Source of the DNA: Candidatus Methylomirabilota bacterium
GTDB lineage: Bacteria > Methylomirabilota > Methylomirabilia > Rokubacteriales > CSP1-6
Length of the DNA: 23,846 nt
Direction: 5' to 3'
Assembly: GCA_046726415.1 (NCBI GenBank)
Contig: JBKPAK010000257.1
Location: forward strand, 1-23,846
The position numbers were made by a program, and so were the translations under genes. Position 1 is the first letter of the stretch, and each line of letters begins with the position of its first letter. The notes below the pieces were generated by a model that saw only the letters and a program-made list of their open reading frames with translations, was not told where the DNA came from and did no database searches. Positions 1-9,303 of the stretch are shown here, piece by piece.

Positions 1-391
1 TCTGCAACTCCACCCGATTGCCGTCCGGGTCGCGATAGTACATCGACGTCGTCGGGCCGTGATTGACGCAGAAGAACGGCCGGATCCCGATGTCCCTGAG
101 CCGGACGTAGTTGTCGAGAAACTCGCCCATGGAGCCGAAGGTGAACGCCACATGGTGCAGCCCAGGCTGCTCGATGGGCTTGACGCCGAGCTCGATCGCC
201 GCCGGATCCCGTGGAGCCAGCGGACCGAAGTCCAAGAAGGCCACGCGGTGATGCTCATCGTCGTATGTCGCAAAGGAGAGGTGCTCGTTTTCGTAGATCA
301 CGTGGGCGCCCAGGACGGCGCAGTACCAGTCGCGCATCTCGGCCATGCGATTGGTCTGGTAGACCAGGTGAGCCAGTTTGGTCGGTGGCAT
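1..391 (-). CDS. VOC/glyoxalase-family protein (extradiol dioxygenase-like); 3' end runs off the window
   Basis: Not in the ORF track; translated by hand: MPPTKLAHLVYQTNRMAEMRDWYCAVLGA...DEHHRVAF...GLHHVAFTF...NHGPTTSMYYRDPDGNRVELQ. These are typical VOC metal-binding motifs (HxV, HHVAF, YxDPDGNxVE). RBS GGAGGAG lies upstream of the ATG at 391. Confidence 0.88.
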   Translation of the reverse strand, partial: MPPTKLAHLVYQTNRMAEMRDWYCAVLGAHVIYENEHLSFATYDDEHHRVAFLDFGPLAPRDPAAIELGVKPIEQPGLHHVAFTFGSMGEFLDNYVRLRDIGIRPFFCVNHGPTTSMYYRDPDGNRVELQ

Positions 392-420
392 TGCTCTCTC
401 CTCCTGCGGGCTGTGCCCGC

Positions 421-716
421 TCAGGGCGCCAGGAGTTTCCGGCCCGGCGCGGCAAATTGCGTGGGCCATACGACCCACCACTTGCCGTCTTGCACCTGCT
501 TCACTTTCGAGAAGTCGTCGCCGTCTTGTGCACGATGGCCGCCGCCGCCACCGGGCCGGTCAGCCCGAGTGTGCTGCCGATGCGCACGGGCTTGCCGGAC
601 GGGGCCGCGGGGCAAGGGGCAGCCAATGCGACACACGCGATGCCCACCAGAAGGGTGACCAGACACCGCCCCAGGGGCCGTGAGCTCGACGGTCGTCGTG
701 GCTGACGCGATGTCAT
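421..716 (-). pseudogene. Internally deleted branched-chain-amino-acid-type ABC substrate-binding protein
   Basis: A signal peptide plus KPVRIGSTLGLTGPVAAAAIVHK (LivJ/K-type N-terminus) is joined out of frame at ~524 to GDDFSKVKQVQDGKWWVVWPTQFAAPGRKLLAP* (typical C-terminus of the same family). The core is missing. Confidence 0.7.
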
Positions 717-807
717 GCGCTCCCCTTTTGCAGGCACGAGACAGTGCGGACCTCAACTCGAGAACCCGCACTGTCGGTGGCCTGCGGGCCTCACCGCCGC
801 GACCGCT

Positions 808-1755
808 CTATGGGCTGACGTGCCGGATGAACTTCTCCGGCGGGCCCTCTCCCCACTGGCTGACCAACGCCTCCTGAGCCGGCAACAGATTCGAGCCGCT
901 CTTCGCATTCAGGCGGTCGGTGTCCGCCCACTGCTCGTGCACTCTGCCCCACGGGTCGCACCAGTAGTCGTATACCTGGCTACCCAGAAGATGCCGCCCG
1001 ATGCCCCACATGTGCTCGTACTTGCCGAGCCGCGTCAGATACTCGTGATCCATGAAGACCGCGTCGACATCCGGCACCTCGAACGACATATGGTTCAGAC
1101 CGGCCCGCTCGTTCATCACGCAGAACAGCGTGTGGTGATCGACGTACTCGTCTCCGCAGTCGCATCGGTTGAACGACCCGATGATGTTCTCCTGGTCGCC
1201 GACATACACGTCGTCCGAGCAGATGAATCCCAAGGTGTCCCGAAACCATTGGACTGTCTCGCGCACCTTCGGCGTGCCCAGCACCCCGTGCCCGATTCGC
1301 TTGATCGCCGCAGGGGCCTTGGGAAGCCGCATCAGCTTTCCCGGCCGACGCAGGGGCTCGGAGCCCGTGTTCATCGGGTCGCGCACCACCGGAATCGGCG
1401 CCAATTTCTCGATGCCGTGGACCACCTCGATCTGGTATCCGTTCGGCTCCTTCAGCCGCACCCGCTGACCACCGCCGGGCTCGTCGATCTTCTCCACCGC
1501 GGAGGCCCCAGGCGCCTTGGCCACTCGCGCGAGATCACCCTCGCTCGCCGCGTAGTAGGCGAACCCCACGAAGCTGGGATCGCCTTTCTCCGTGACGTGA
1601 ATGTGGTGGGCGGGATCGGTCCCGCGCATATACAGCGCCTGCGGGGTCCGCGCGGCCCTCGCCATCCCGAAATGCGTGAGGAACTCCTCCATCGCGTCGA
1701 GATCTGGGGCCCGAAGCCGCCCGTACGCGAGGTCTTTCACCTTGATCAATGCCAT
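808..1755 (-). CDS. Two-domain VOC-family extradiol ring-cleavage dioxygenase-like protein (315 aa)
   Basis: Real start MALIKVKDLAY at 1755, after RBS GAGGAGG. Motifs IGHGVL, DHHTL, LNHMSFEV, WGIGRHLLGSQVYDYWCDPWGRVHE. Confidence 0.88.
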   Translation of the reverse strand: MALIKVKDLAYGRLRAPDLDAMEEFLTHFGMARAARTPQALYMRGTDPAHHIHVTEKGDPSFVGFAYYAASEGDLARVAKAPGASAVEKIDEPGGGQRVRLKEPNGYQIEVVHGIEKLAPIPVVRDPMNTGSEPLRRPGKLMRLPKAPAAIKRIGHGVLGTPKVRETVQWFRDTLGFICSDDVYVGDQENIIGSFNRCDCGDEYVDHHTLFCVMNERAGLNHMSFEVPDVDAVFMDHEYLTRLGKYEHMWGIGRHLLGSQVYDYWCDPWGRVHEQWADTDRLNAKSGSNLLPAQEALVSQWGEGPPEKFIRHVSP

Positions 1756-1808
1756 GGTGGGATCCTCCTCTCTCAGTCGAGTCACACAACCAAGTGTCGC
1801 ACTGGCAC

Positions 1809-2966
1809 TCAACCCGCGAATGTCCAGCGGGCGTCTGCCGCAGGAATCTCGACCTCCGGAAGCTTCAGCTCGCGGCGGACGATGTTGGCACCGAGGTTGA
1901 TCGCCACGGATTTGTAGAAGGCGATGCGCCGGGCGAGCCCCTCGCGGCCAAATCCGCAGTCGGTGGAGAGCACGAGGCGCTCCGGGGGCACGTACTCCAG
2001 CGCCTTGCGGATGAGGGCCGCCACGAACTCCGGCGGCTCGACGGCGGCCGTCGAGTGGTTCACCACGCCGATGGCGATCTTCTTGTCGGTCCGGTACTTC
2101 CCGAGAAGGGGGAGATCCCGGCCGTTGGTCGAGGCGCATTCCAGGGTGATGAGGTCTGCGTTCGTCTGGAGCAGGTGGGGCAGCGAGCGCTCGTACGACG
2201 GCCGTTCCCAGTGCAGCGGCTGCTGGTTGGGGTTTCCCCAACAGGTGTGCAGCCACACTTCCGTCTCCACGCCAGCGATTTCCCGGTTGATGGCCGCGGT
2301 GAAGAACTCGAGATCCTTGTCCGTCGCCCCGGTGACCCCGGCGATGTGATGCTGGGGTTCCTCGACCTGGATGACGCGGCAGCCGGCCGCCGCCACGTCT
2401 TTCAACTCGGCGTTGAAGACGTCGGCCAGGGCGAGGATCACGTCGTGGTCCGACGCGTAGTGGCGGTTGACAAGCATCTTGGCGAGCGACTGGCCAGTGA
2501 TCGCTCCGAACTTCACGGGCCGCGAGGTCATGCGCTGGGCCACCTTGAAGAGGGCCGCGTACTGCAGCGGGCCGCCCGTGATCGCCTCGCCGACCAGCGC
2601 CGGCTGGTAGGCCTCCATCACCTCGTAGAGGATGTGACCGGGCCGGAGCGTCCGCCAGCCGCCACCAGTCGAGCGGTCCAGGTGACCGGTGATGCCCCCC
2701 AGGCGTTCGATGGCATAGAAGAACCACGACTTGCCGCCCACCGTGAGGTCGAAGCGCGAGTCGCCGTCGGTGACGATGTCGAGGCCAGCCATCTCCTGTT
2801 CGCGGATGAGACACGCCACGGCGTCGAGGTATTGCTCCCGGAAGCGCGAGTCGCCCAGCGCGTCCTTGAAGCCGCGCCCGCGCAGCTCTTCGGTGAACCA
2901 GTGCGGCCGCGGATAGGAGCCGGTGATCGCGGTGGGGAGGATGCTGTCGCGGGTGGCATTGAGCAT
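1809..2966 (-). CDS. Cobalamin-independent methionine synthase II family (MetE C-terminal-like, Zn thiol transferase)
   Basis: 385 aa. Contains TGSYPRP, EQEMAGLDIVTDG, and Zn ligands WLHTCWGN (HxC), LEC and STDCGFG. Lacks the N-terminal folate-binding barrel of full MetE. Confidence 0.9.
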   Translation of the reverse strand: MLNATRDSILPTAITGSYPRPHWFTEELRGRGFKDALGDSRFREQYLDAVACLIREQEMAGLDIVTDGDSRFDLTVGGKSWFFYAIERLGGITGHLDRSTGGGWRTLRPGHILYEVMEAYQPALVGEAITGGPLQYAALFKVAQRMTSRPVKFGAITGQSLAKMLVNRHYASDHDVILALADVFNAELKDVAAAGCRVIQVEEPQHHIAGVTGATDKDLEFFTAAINREIAGVETEVWLHTCWGNPNQQPLHWERPSYERSLPHLLQTNADLITLECASTNGRDLPLLGKYRTDKKIAIGVVNHSTAAVEPPEFVAALIRKALEYVPPERLVLSTDCGFGREGLARRIAFYKSVAINLGANIVRRELKLPEVEIPAADARWTFAG

Positions 2967-3071
2967 CGCGGGCCACTAGCGGCTGGCGGGCGAGGCCACC
3001 GCTCTCGGGCCCGCCGTGCAGGCCAGCGACCGGATCGCTTCATGGGCCGACTGACGGCGGGAGCGCATAAC

Positions 3072-3109
3072 GGCTTGACTCTGAGGCGCAGGCCAGGGCC
3101 TGTCAAGCC
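3072..3109 (-). promoter_or_regulatory. Putative sigma70 promoter for the leftward operon, inside an 8-bp inverted repeat
   Basis: Minus strand reads TTGACA (3106-3101)-N17-CAGAGT. Inverted repeat arms are GGCTTGAC (3072-3079) and GTCAAGCC (3102-3109). Confidence 0.4.
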
Positions 3110-3375
3110 CGATGACGTGCGCGCTGTCCGGACGCACAACAGCATGTGGAGGCGGCCCCGATCGCGCGCGGGTCGCGGCGGCGGTTGCGAGGGAGGGCGG
3201 CCCGCCCTATTCTTGCGCGCAGGTGGTGCCTGGAGGTGTCTGCATGGCGTTTGAGAAGGTCGTCGGCTGCTGGGCTCAGGAGATTTCGCCGGCGATCGAC
3301 CTTCTGAGGAATGAAGGCCCCCACGGGTACGACTACGGCTGCGCACCAATCCCCAGGAGGAGCCTGCACAGGCCT

Positions 3376-4539
3376 ATGACCGCCACCGACGCCCCATCAC
3401 CGCTCGACGCCGCACGAAAGCTAGTTCCCCAGATCCGCTCCTGCGCCGATGAGATCGAGGCGGAGCGCGAGCTCCCCCGGCCGCTCTTCGAGGCGCTCGC
3501 CGACGCCGGGATGTTCCATCTGGCGCTGCCTCGCGCTCTGGGCTGCCCCGAACTCGACCTACCGACTTACATCCAGGTGATCGAGGAGCTGGGGAAGGCC
3601 GACGCCAGCACCGCCTGGTGCGTGAACCAGGGCGCGATCTTTGGGACGTATGCCGCGCGGATGCCGCGCGATATCGCGCGCTCGATCTGGATCGACACGC
3701 CCCGCGCCGTTGTCGCCAACACCCCCGCGGCCACGGCCCAAGCGATCGTTGTTCCCGGGGGGTACCGGGTCACGGGTCGCCAGGGTTTCAGCACGGGCTG
3801 CCGGCACGCCGCCTGGGTGGCCGCGCACGCCCAGATCATCGAGGACGGCCAGGTCAAACTCGAAGCCGGTCAGCCGGAAACGCGCTATATGTTCGTGCCG
3901 GTCGCCGAGGCCAAGCTCCTGGACACCTGGCACGTCCGGGGACTGCGCGGCACAGGGACCCATCACTTCGCCGTCGACAACGTCTTCGTGCCCGCCGGGC
4001 GCACTGTTCTGTCCGCCACCGCCCCGCTGCTGGAACCCCGACCGCTCTACCGCGTCCCCCGGACTCTGCTGTTCGCCTCGGGCGATGCGTCGGTAGCCCT
4101 GGGGATGGCCCGCACGTGCCTGGCCACGTTCTTCGAGCTTGCCGGTTCCAAGACTCCACGGGCCATGCATGCGCTGCTCCGCGACCAACCCATGGTCCAG
4201 GGCGATGTCGGCCGCGCCGAAGCACTCCTTCGCTCCGGCCGGGCCTTCCTGATCGAGGCGGTGCAGGAGATCTGGGAGGCAAGCGTGTCCGGGACAATCA
4301 GCCTGGACCATCGCGCGGCCCTGCGCCTCGCCACCACCAACGGCATCCGGTTGGCCGTCCAGATCGTCGACACCGTCTACAACGCCGCCGGCGCGACCGC
4401 CGTCTACGAGGAAAATCCGCTGCAGCGCTACTTCCAGGATGCCCACGTGATGAGTCAGCACCTGCAGGCGCGCCTGTCTCACTACGAGCTGGTCGGGCGC
4501 CACTGGCTCGGCCTGAAGATCGACGAGGCGAGACTGTAG
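3376..4539 (+). CDS. Acyl-CoA-dehydrogenase-fold flavin-dependent hydroxylase (HsaA/HpaH C2-like oxygenase component)
   Basis: Motifs ADASTAW, GGYRVTGRQGFSTGC, DTWHVRGLRGTGTH, LQRYFQDAHV. ATG 3376 follows AGGAGG. An alternative in-frame ATG at 3244 also has a GGAGG RBS. Confidence 0.88.
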   Translation: MTATDAPSPLDAARKLVPQIRSCADEIEAERELPRPLFEALADAGMFHLALPRALGCPELDLPTYIQVIEELGKADASTAWCVNQGAIFGTYAARMPRDIARSIWIDTPRAVVANTPAATAQAIVVPGGYRVTGRQGFSTGCRHAAWVAAHAQIIEDGQVKLEAGQPETRYMFVPVAEAKLLDTWHVRGLRGTGTHHFAVDNVFVPAGRTVLSATAPLLEPRPLYRVPRTLLFASGDASVALGMARTCLATFFELAGSKTPRAMHALLRDQPMVQGDVGRAEALLRSGRAFLIEAVQEIWEASVSGTISLDHRAALRLATTNGIRLAVQIVDTVYNAAGATAVYEENPLQRYFQDAHVMSQHLQARLSHYELVGRHWLGLKIDEARL

Positions 4540-4555
4540 GCAGCGAGGAGGCGCG

Positions 4556-5104
4556 ATGACCGCCGAGCGGATGCCATCCAAGAGTGAACTGCTGGAGGCG
4601 TTGCATGCCAGCCGCGACGAGGTGGTAAGGACCGCGCGCGCGGTGCCGCCCGAGCGGCTGGAGGATGCGCGCTACGAGAACGGTTGGAATGGAAGACAGA
4701 TCCTCGCCCACCTAGCGTCGATCGAGTGGACCTATCCGCGGCTCATCGACATCGCGCGCGAAGCATCCGAGAGCGAAGCGGTGTCGACCAGAGCGTCCGC
4801 TTCCGGCGAGCCCCCGACCCGCACCATGCGCGGCGGTAACGATGCCTACAATGACCGACAGGTCGCCAAGCGCGACCACCTCTCGGTCGCTGACCTGCTG
4901 GCCGAGTTCGAGCGGAACCGTGCCGCCACGATCCAGGCGGTCCAGGCCGCGGAAGAGGAGCTGTTTGTCCGCCGCATCCGCTCGGCCGGCGGGAGAACTG
5001 GCCCGCTGGCCGTGGTGTTCTACGAGGTCGCCGTGCTGCACGTCCTGGGGCACACGCGCGATCTCGCCGGGTCGGGTGAGCCGAGCGGTCGCGGCGGCCC
5101 ATAG
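4556..5104 (+). CDS. DinB/MDMPI-superfamily protein
   Basis: GWNGRQILAHLASIE and C-terminal LHVLGH give the His triad pattern of DinB four-helix bundles. RBS GAGGAGG; starts 16 bp after the upstream stop. Confidence 0.78.
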   Translation: MTAERMPSKSELLEALHASRDEVVRTARAVPPERLEDARYENGWNGRQILAHLASIEWTYPRLIDIAREASESEAVSTRASASGEPPTRTMRGGNDAYNDRQVAKRDHLSVADLLAEFERNRAATIQAVQAAEEELFVRRIRSAGGRTGPLAVVFYEVAVLHVLGHTRDLAGSGEPSGRGGP

Positions 5105-5277
5105 CAGTCGAGTCATCGCTTCGCGCGCGACGAGGGACGCCGACACGCCGATCGGCATCCGGCGTCCGTCGATCTGCTCCGTCTCCCGAACAAGATGCCC
5201 GGCGCCCAGCGCCCTGGCGAATCCGCGCCGCGGCGCGAGGATGAGGGTCAGTGGCCGAAAGGGGTGTCGCCGAACCC

Positions 5278-6660
5278 TCAGGCCGTCGCCCGCCGCGCGG
5301 CCAGCCGGTCCGCGATGGCGCTGGCGATCTCGAGCCCCCTCGCCGCGCCGCCCTCGGCAAACTGACGACACAGTCCGGTGTAGCGGGCGGGATCGAGCAA
5401 GACCTCGATCTGGGACGCCGTGAGACGGCCGCTCACGTACGGATCTTCGGCCAGAGTCTCGCGGAACGGACGTGTTTGGGTCACCGAGGCCTGAGCAGCC
5501 TCGTAGACCGCGTCGTGCGCCCGCTGACGTCCGATTTGCTTGCCCAGCTCGAGCATGAGCGCCTCGGCCATGATGAGGCCACCCGACCGCTCGAGGTTCT
5601 CCCGCATGCGCCGGGGAAACACCTGGAGCCCGTCCAGCACGACGACCAGCCGTTGCAGCATGTCGCCGGTGAGCTCACAGGCCTGCGCGAGGGCTCGGCC
5701 CATCATGATGCTGGTGGTCCGGTCAGCCTCGTGCTCCGTCTGCATGGCCTCCAGCGCCAGCGGAACCAGGGCGCGGATCTGCGCCGCGGCCGCGATGATG
5801 TCCTGCGACAGCTTGGGATTGCGCTTCTGCGGCATGGTGCTGCTGCCCACCGTGCCGGGGGGCACTGGCTCCTCGACCTCGCCGAATTCCTGCTTCATCA
5901 GGGTGTAGATCTCGCGCCCGATCTTGCTGCCGGTGGATGCGAGCATGCCGAGGAGCAGGACGTACTCGGCCTGGTGGTCGCCGATGGTCCGCGCGGGGAC
6001 GGTCATCGCGCGCAGGCCGAGTCGAGCCGCCATCTTCTCCTGAGTGACGAGACCCAGCTCGCCCAGCGAGGCGAGCGTCCCCGCGCCGCCGCCGAGCATC
6101 GCCACGAACACACGCCCTTCGCAGCCGTGCAGGCGCTCCACATGGCGGCTGAGCTCGTCGATCCACACCGCCACCTTGAAGCCGAACGTGGCAGGCACCG
6201 CGTGCTGACCGTGCGTGCGGCCGGGGAGAAGGACATCCTTGGTTCGCTCGGCCAGGTCGGCGAGCGTGGTCAGGATCGTCGCCAGCTGGCGCAGGAAGAT
6301 GTCGTGAGCCCTGCGCACCTGAAGGAGCTGGCCGGTCTGCGTGATGTTCTGGGTCGTGGCTCCCCAGTGCACGTAGCCGCCGGCGTCGCCCTCGCAGACT
6401 CGATCCAGCTCCCAAACCAGCGGGACCAGCGGATGCCCGGTGCGCGCCAGTCCCGCGCGTACGGCTTCGAGATCCAGGTACGACAGGTGCGCCTTGCCGG
6501 CGATCTCGCGCGCGGCGGCCTCCGGGACGATTCCCAGCTCGGCCTGCGCCTGCGCCAGGGCCGCTTCCACGTCGAGCCAGGACTGGAAGCGGGCGGCCTC
6601 GGTGAACAGGGCCCGCACGCCGGGATCGTCGATCCGGAGCGAGGTCGGTTCCTCCTGCAT
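5278..6660 (-). CDS. Adenylosuccinate lyase / 3-carboxymuconate cycloisomerase-like (fumarase/aspartase superfamily)
   Basis: Signature GSSTMPQKRNP, plus VHWGATTQNI and GRTHGQHAVP. Start MQEEP at 6660 follows RBS GAGGAG. Confidence 0.88.
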   Translation of the reverse strand: MQEEPTSLRIDDPGVRALFTEAARFQSWLDVEAALAQAQAELGIVPEAAAREIAGKAHLSYLDLEAVRAGLARTGHPLVPLVWELDRVCEGDAGGYVHWGATTQNITQTGQLLQVRRAHDIFLRQLATILTTLADLAERTKDVLLPGRTHGQHAVPATFGFKVAVWIDELSRHVERLHGCEGRVFVAMLGGGAGTLASLGELGLVTQEKMAARLGLRAMTVPARTIGDHQAEYVLLLGMLASTGSKIGREIYTLMKQEFGEVEEPVPPGTVGSSTMPQKRNPKLSQDIIAAAAQIRALVPLALEAMQTEHEADRTTSIMMGRALAQACELTGDMLQRLVVVLDGLQVFPRRMRENLERSGGLIMAEALMLELGKQIGRQRAHDAVYEAAQASVTQTRPFRETLAEDPYVSGRLTASQIEVLLDPARYTGLCRQFAEGGAARGLEIASAIADRLAARRATA

Positions 6661-6889
6661 GGCTGATATCTCCTCGAAAGTGTGAACGCCTTGGCGCGGC
6701 GGGGCCGCTGCCGTGAGAGTCTGTCGCACGGCGAGCATAGGTTGTCAACGCTGGTCGCTGCGTGCGGCGACCAGCGTATGATCAGTTGCCCCGACCAAGC
6801 GCCCCCAATTCGGCCGAGCGATGCGGGGGCTGGTGGAGCTTCGGAACATTCCGGGCGGAGACACCGACGACGGATCTGGGAGAGACGCC

Positions 6890-7648
6890 ATGGGAAAGCT
6901 GGACGGAAAAGTTGCGCTGATCAGTGGCGGTGCGCGTGGGCAGGGAGCAGCGGAGGCGGAGACCTTCGCCCGGGAGGGCGCGAAGGTCGTCTTCGGCGAC
7001 ATTCTCGACGCCCAGGGCCAGAAGGTCGAGACGGCGATCCGCGCCGCCGGCGACGAGGCGGTCTACGTGCATCTGGACGTCACCAACGAGACGGACTGGC
7101 AGCGCGCCGTCCAGACCGCCACCAGCCGCTACGGCATGCTGAACATCCTGATCAACAATGCCGCGATCACCATCCCTCGGGTGCCCATCGAGGATCGCAC
7201 GGCCGCCGACTGGGATCGGGTGATGGCCGTCAATGCCAAGGGCGTATTCCTCGGCACGAAGTACGCCATCCCGGCCATGCGCCGAGCGGGCGGGGGCTCG
7301 ATCGTGAACATCTCATCGATCGCGGGCATCGGGCAATCGCTGCACCAGGAGCCCGCCTACGCGGCGAGCAAGGGCGCCGTGCGAATCTTCACGAAAGTGA
7401 CGGCGAGCCAGCACGCCAAGGACAGAATCCGCTGCAACTCGGTGCATCCGGGGCCGGTCGACACCGAAATGCTCCACAGCGCCATGCCCGACCCGGAGGT
7501 CTTGAAGGCGCGGTTGCAGCGGGTCCCGCTGGGGCGCATGGGCACGGTGGACGAGATCGTGACCGTCGTCCTGTACCTGGCGTCGGACGATTCGTCGTAC
7601 ATGACCGGGAGCGAGCTGGTCATCGATGGCGGAGCGCTCGCGCAATAG
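6890..7648 (+). CDS. Short-chain dehydrogenase/reductase (classical SDR)
   Basis: Motifs SGGARGQG, NNAA, NISS, catalytic YAASK and HPGPVDT. Likely start MGKLDGKVAL at 6890. Confidence 0.93.
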   Translation: MGKLDGKVALISGGARGQGAAEAETFAREGAKVVFGDILDAQGQKVETAIRAAGDEAVYVHLDVTNETDWQRAVQTATSRYGMLNILINNAAITIPRVPIEDRTAADWDRVMAVNAKGVFLGTKYAIPAMRRAGGGSIVNISSIAGIGQSLHQEPAYAASKGAVRIFTKVTASQHAKDRIRCNSVHPGPVDTEMLHSAMPDPEVLKARLQRVPLGRMGTVDEIVTVVLYLASDDSSYMTGSELVIDGGALAQ

Positions 7649-7698
7649 CCACGCTCCTCGCGACGATGCACCGTCGATGACGGTCAAGGAGGCGATCG

Positions 7699-8883
7699 AT
7701 GCGGATCTTCGGATTCGATCTTCTTCCGTACCCAGAGCACCTCGATCATCTCAAGGTGGACGGCGAGCTTCCCTACCCGCTGCCCGGAAAGCATTTCCGC
7801 CCGGAGCTGGCCGTCCGCAACTACCGCGAGCACCTGGACGCGTGGGCGCTGATGGAGGAGCTCGGATTCGAAGGGATCGGGTTCAATGAACACCACACCT
7901 CGCCGTACGGGCTCATGACGTCGCCGAACATCATGGCGGCGGCGGCGTCCCAGCGGCTCTCCCGGATGAAAATCCTCATCTACGGCAACCTGCTCCCCAT
8001 CCACGAGCCCCTGCGACTGGCCGAAGAGCTCGCCATGCTGGACTGCCTTACTGGCGGGCGCCTGATCAGTGGCGTTGCCCGGGGAATCCCGCGCGAGCAC
8101 ACGGCCTACAACGTCAGCCTGGCCGACTCTCGCGCGCGCTTCGAGGAAGCGTGGGAGATCATCAAGCTCGCGTGGCAGGCGGACGTCTTCTCTTACCAAG
8201 GAAAGTTCTGGACATACAAGGACGTGGCCATCTGGCCGCGTCCCGTTCAGCGGCCGTACCCTCCGGTGTGGGTCCCCGTGACCACCAGCCAGGAGACGCT
8301 CGAGTGGGCGGCGCGGGAGAACGCTCCCATCACGCCCGGCGCGGTGGCCACCCTGGCCGCGCGCCAGGACATGGTGCGCTACTACGCCGCGTGCCTGGCC
8401 AATCACGGACGGACCATCACGCCGGACCACGTCGTGGCCGGCGCCAACGTGTACGTCGCCGACAGCCGCGAGCAGGCGCTCAAGGAGGCTGGTCCCTACT
8501 TGCTCTACTTCTTCCACACCCTGTTCAGCCACGGAAACCTCTCGAACGTCGGGGGACAGCGACAGCGCGGCTACGTGCGCGAGGAGGGGCTCGGCTGGCT
8601 CAGACCGGAGCACCGCGAGGAGTTTCTCCGCACCCTGCAGGGCTTCCGGCGCACCACCATGGAGGACCTGAAGCGGAACGAACGGCTCGCCTGGGGCTCG
8701 CCCGCCGAAGTGCGCGATTCGCTGATCGCGCTGGGGGAGGCCTTGGGCGCGAACATCCTCCTGGTGCAGTTCAACCAAGGCGCCATGCCTCACGAGATGT
8801 TCATGGATCAGATCCGGAGATTCGCCGCGGAAGTACTGCCCGATATCCAGGGCCACGTGGTGACCACAGTGGCGGTGGCCTGA
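7699..8883 (+). CDS. LLM-class (luciferase-like) flavin-dependent oxidoreductase
   Basis: Motifs GFNEHH, PLRLAEELAMLDCLTGGRLISGVARG, WPRPVQRPYPPVW, RRFAAEVLP. RBS AAGGAGG. Confidence 0.92.
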   Translation: MRIFGFDLLPYPEHLDHLKVDGELPYPLPGKHFRPELAVRNYREHLDAWALMEELGFEGIGFNEHHTSPYGLMTSPNIMAAAASQRLSRMKILIYGNLLPIHEPLRLAEELAMLDCLTGGRLISGVARGIPREHTAYNVSLADSRARFEEAWEIIKLAWQADVFSYQGKFWTYKDVAIWPRPVQRPYPPVWVPVTTSQETLEWAARENAPITPGAVATLAARQDMVRYYAACLANHGRTITPDHVVAGANVYVADSREQALKEAGPYLLYFFHTLFSHGNLSNVGGQRQRGYVREEGLGWLRPEHREEFLRTLQGFRRTTMEDLKRNERLAWGSPAEVRDSLIALGEALGANILLVQFNQGAMPHEMFMDQIRRFAAEVLPDIQGHVVTTVAVA

Positions 8884-8920
8884 CCAGCCACCGGCGAAGC
8901 CCCCGGCCTGCAAGGCACCC

Positions 8921-9303
8921 TTAGACGGTGAACGCAACGCTGTGGCCCGACGTGAGAAATCGGAAGGCCATCTTGCCGCCGCTCTTCTTGGCGAGCTGCT
9001 TCACCAGTTTCTCGACATCGTCCATGTGGGCTCGGCTCGCCTCGTCTTTCGATACGGCCGAGCTGCTGTTGAACCACATCGTGAACGTGTTTCCGGACTC
9101 CGCGTTCTTGCTTCGTTCCTAGTCGGTTCCCAGGCGGGAACGGGCAATGAGCTCAACCACTCGAAGGTCGGGATTCTCGGGCTCGCCGTTGCCACAAAAG
9201 ACGTAGTGGTCGGCGGTAATGGCCCTGACGAACGCCTCGTGGATGTTGTGCTCTGACCCCGTGGTGCGGGACCTTGAGGGCATTCACGTGGAGTCCCCGT
9301 CCC
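8921..9303 (-). pseudogene. C-terminal remnant of a ComEC/Rec2-like metallo-beta-lactamase-fold hydrolase
   Basis: Hand translation: GLHVNALKVPHHG / (extra G in run ~9257-9260) SEHNIHEAFVRAITADHYVFCGNGEPENPD...GTD*(TAG 9121-9119)ERSK...AFTV*(TAA 8923-8921). LKVPHHGS is a hallmark MBL-fold motif. Confidence 0.65.

Noticed and set aside
808-2976. 722-aa ORF suggesting a large fusion protein
   Set aside because: The upstream 407 codons are an off-frame shadow of the MetE-like gene. The real VOC gene starts at 1755 with its own RBS.
2967-3075. SAM or cobalamin riboswitch ahead of the MetE-like gene
   Set aside because: No recognisable conserved riboswitch core by eye. An Rfam/Infernal scan would be needed to exclude it.
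715-3254. Long antisense ORFs (715-1917, 1749-3254; likewise 5251-6666, 7684-8937, 13838-15211, 17296-18387)
   Set aside because: They are antisense shadows of real genes, expected in high-GC DNA, and show no family motifs.
5134-5280. GC-rich inverted repeats between the convergent DinB-like and PurB-like genes
   Set aside because: No U-tract, and such stems are common at this GC content; cannot be supported as a terminator or ncRNA.
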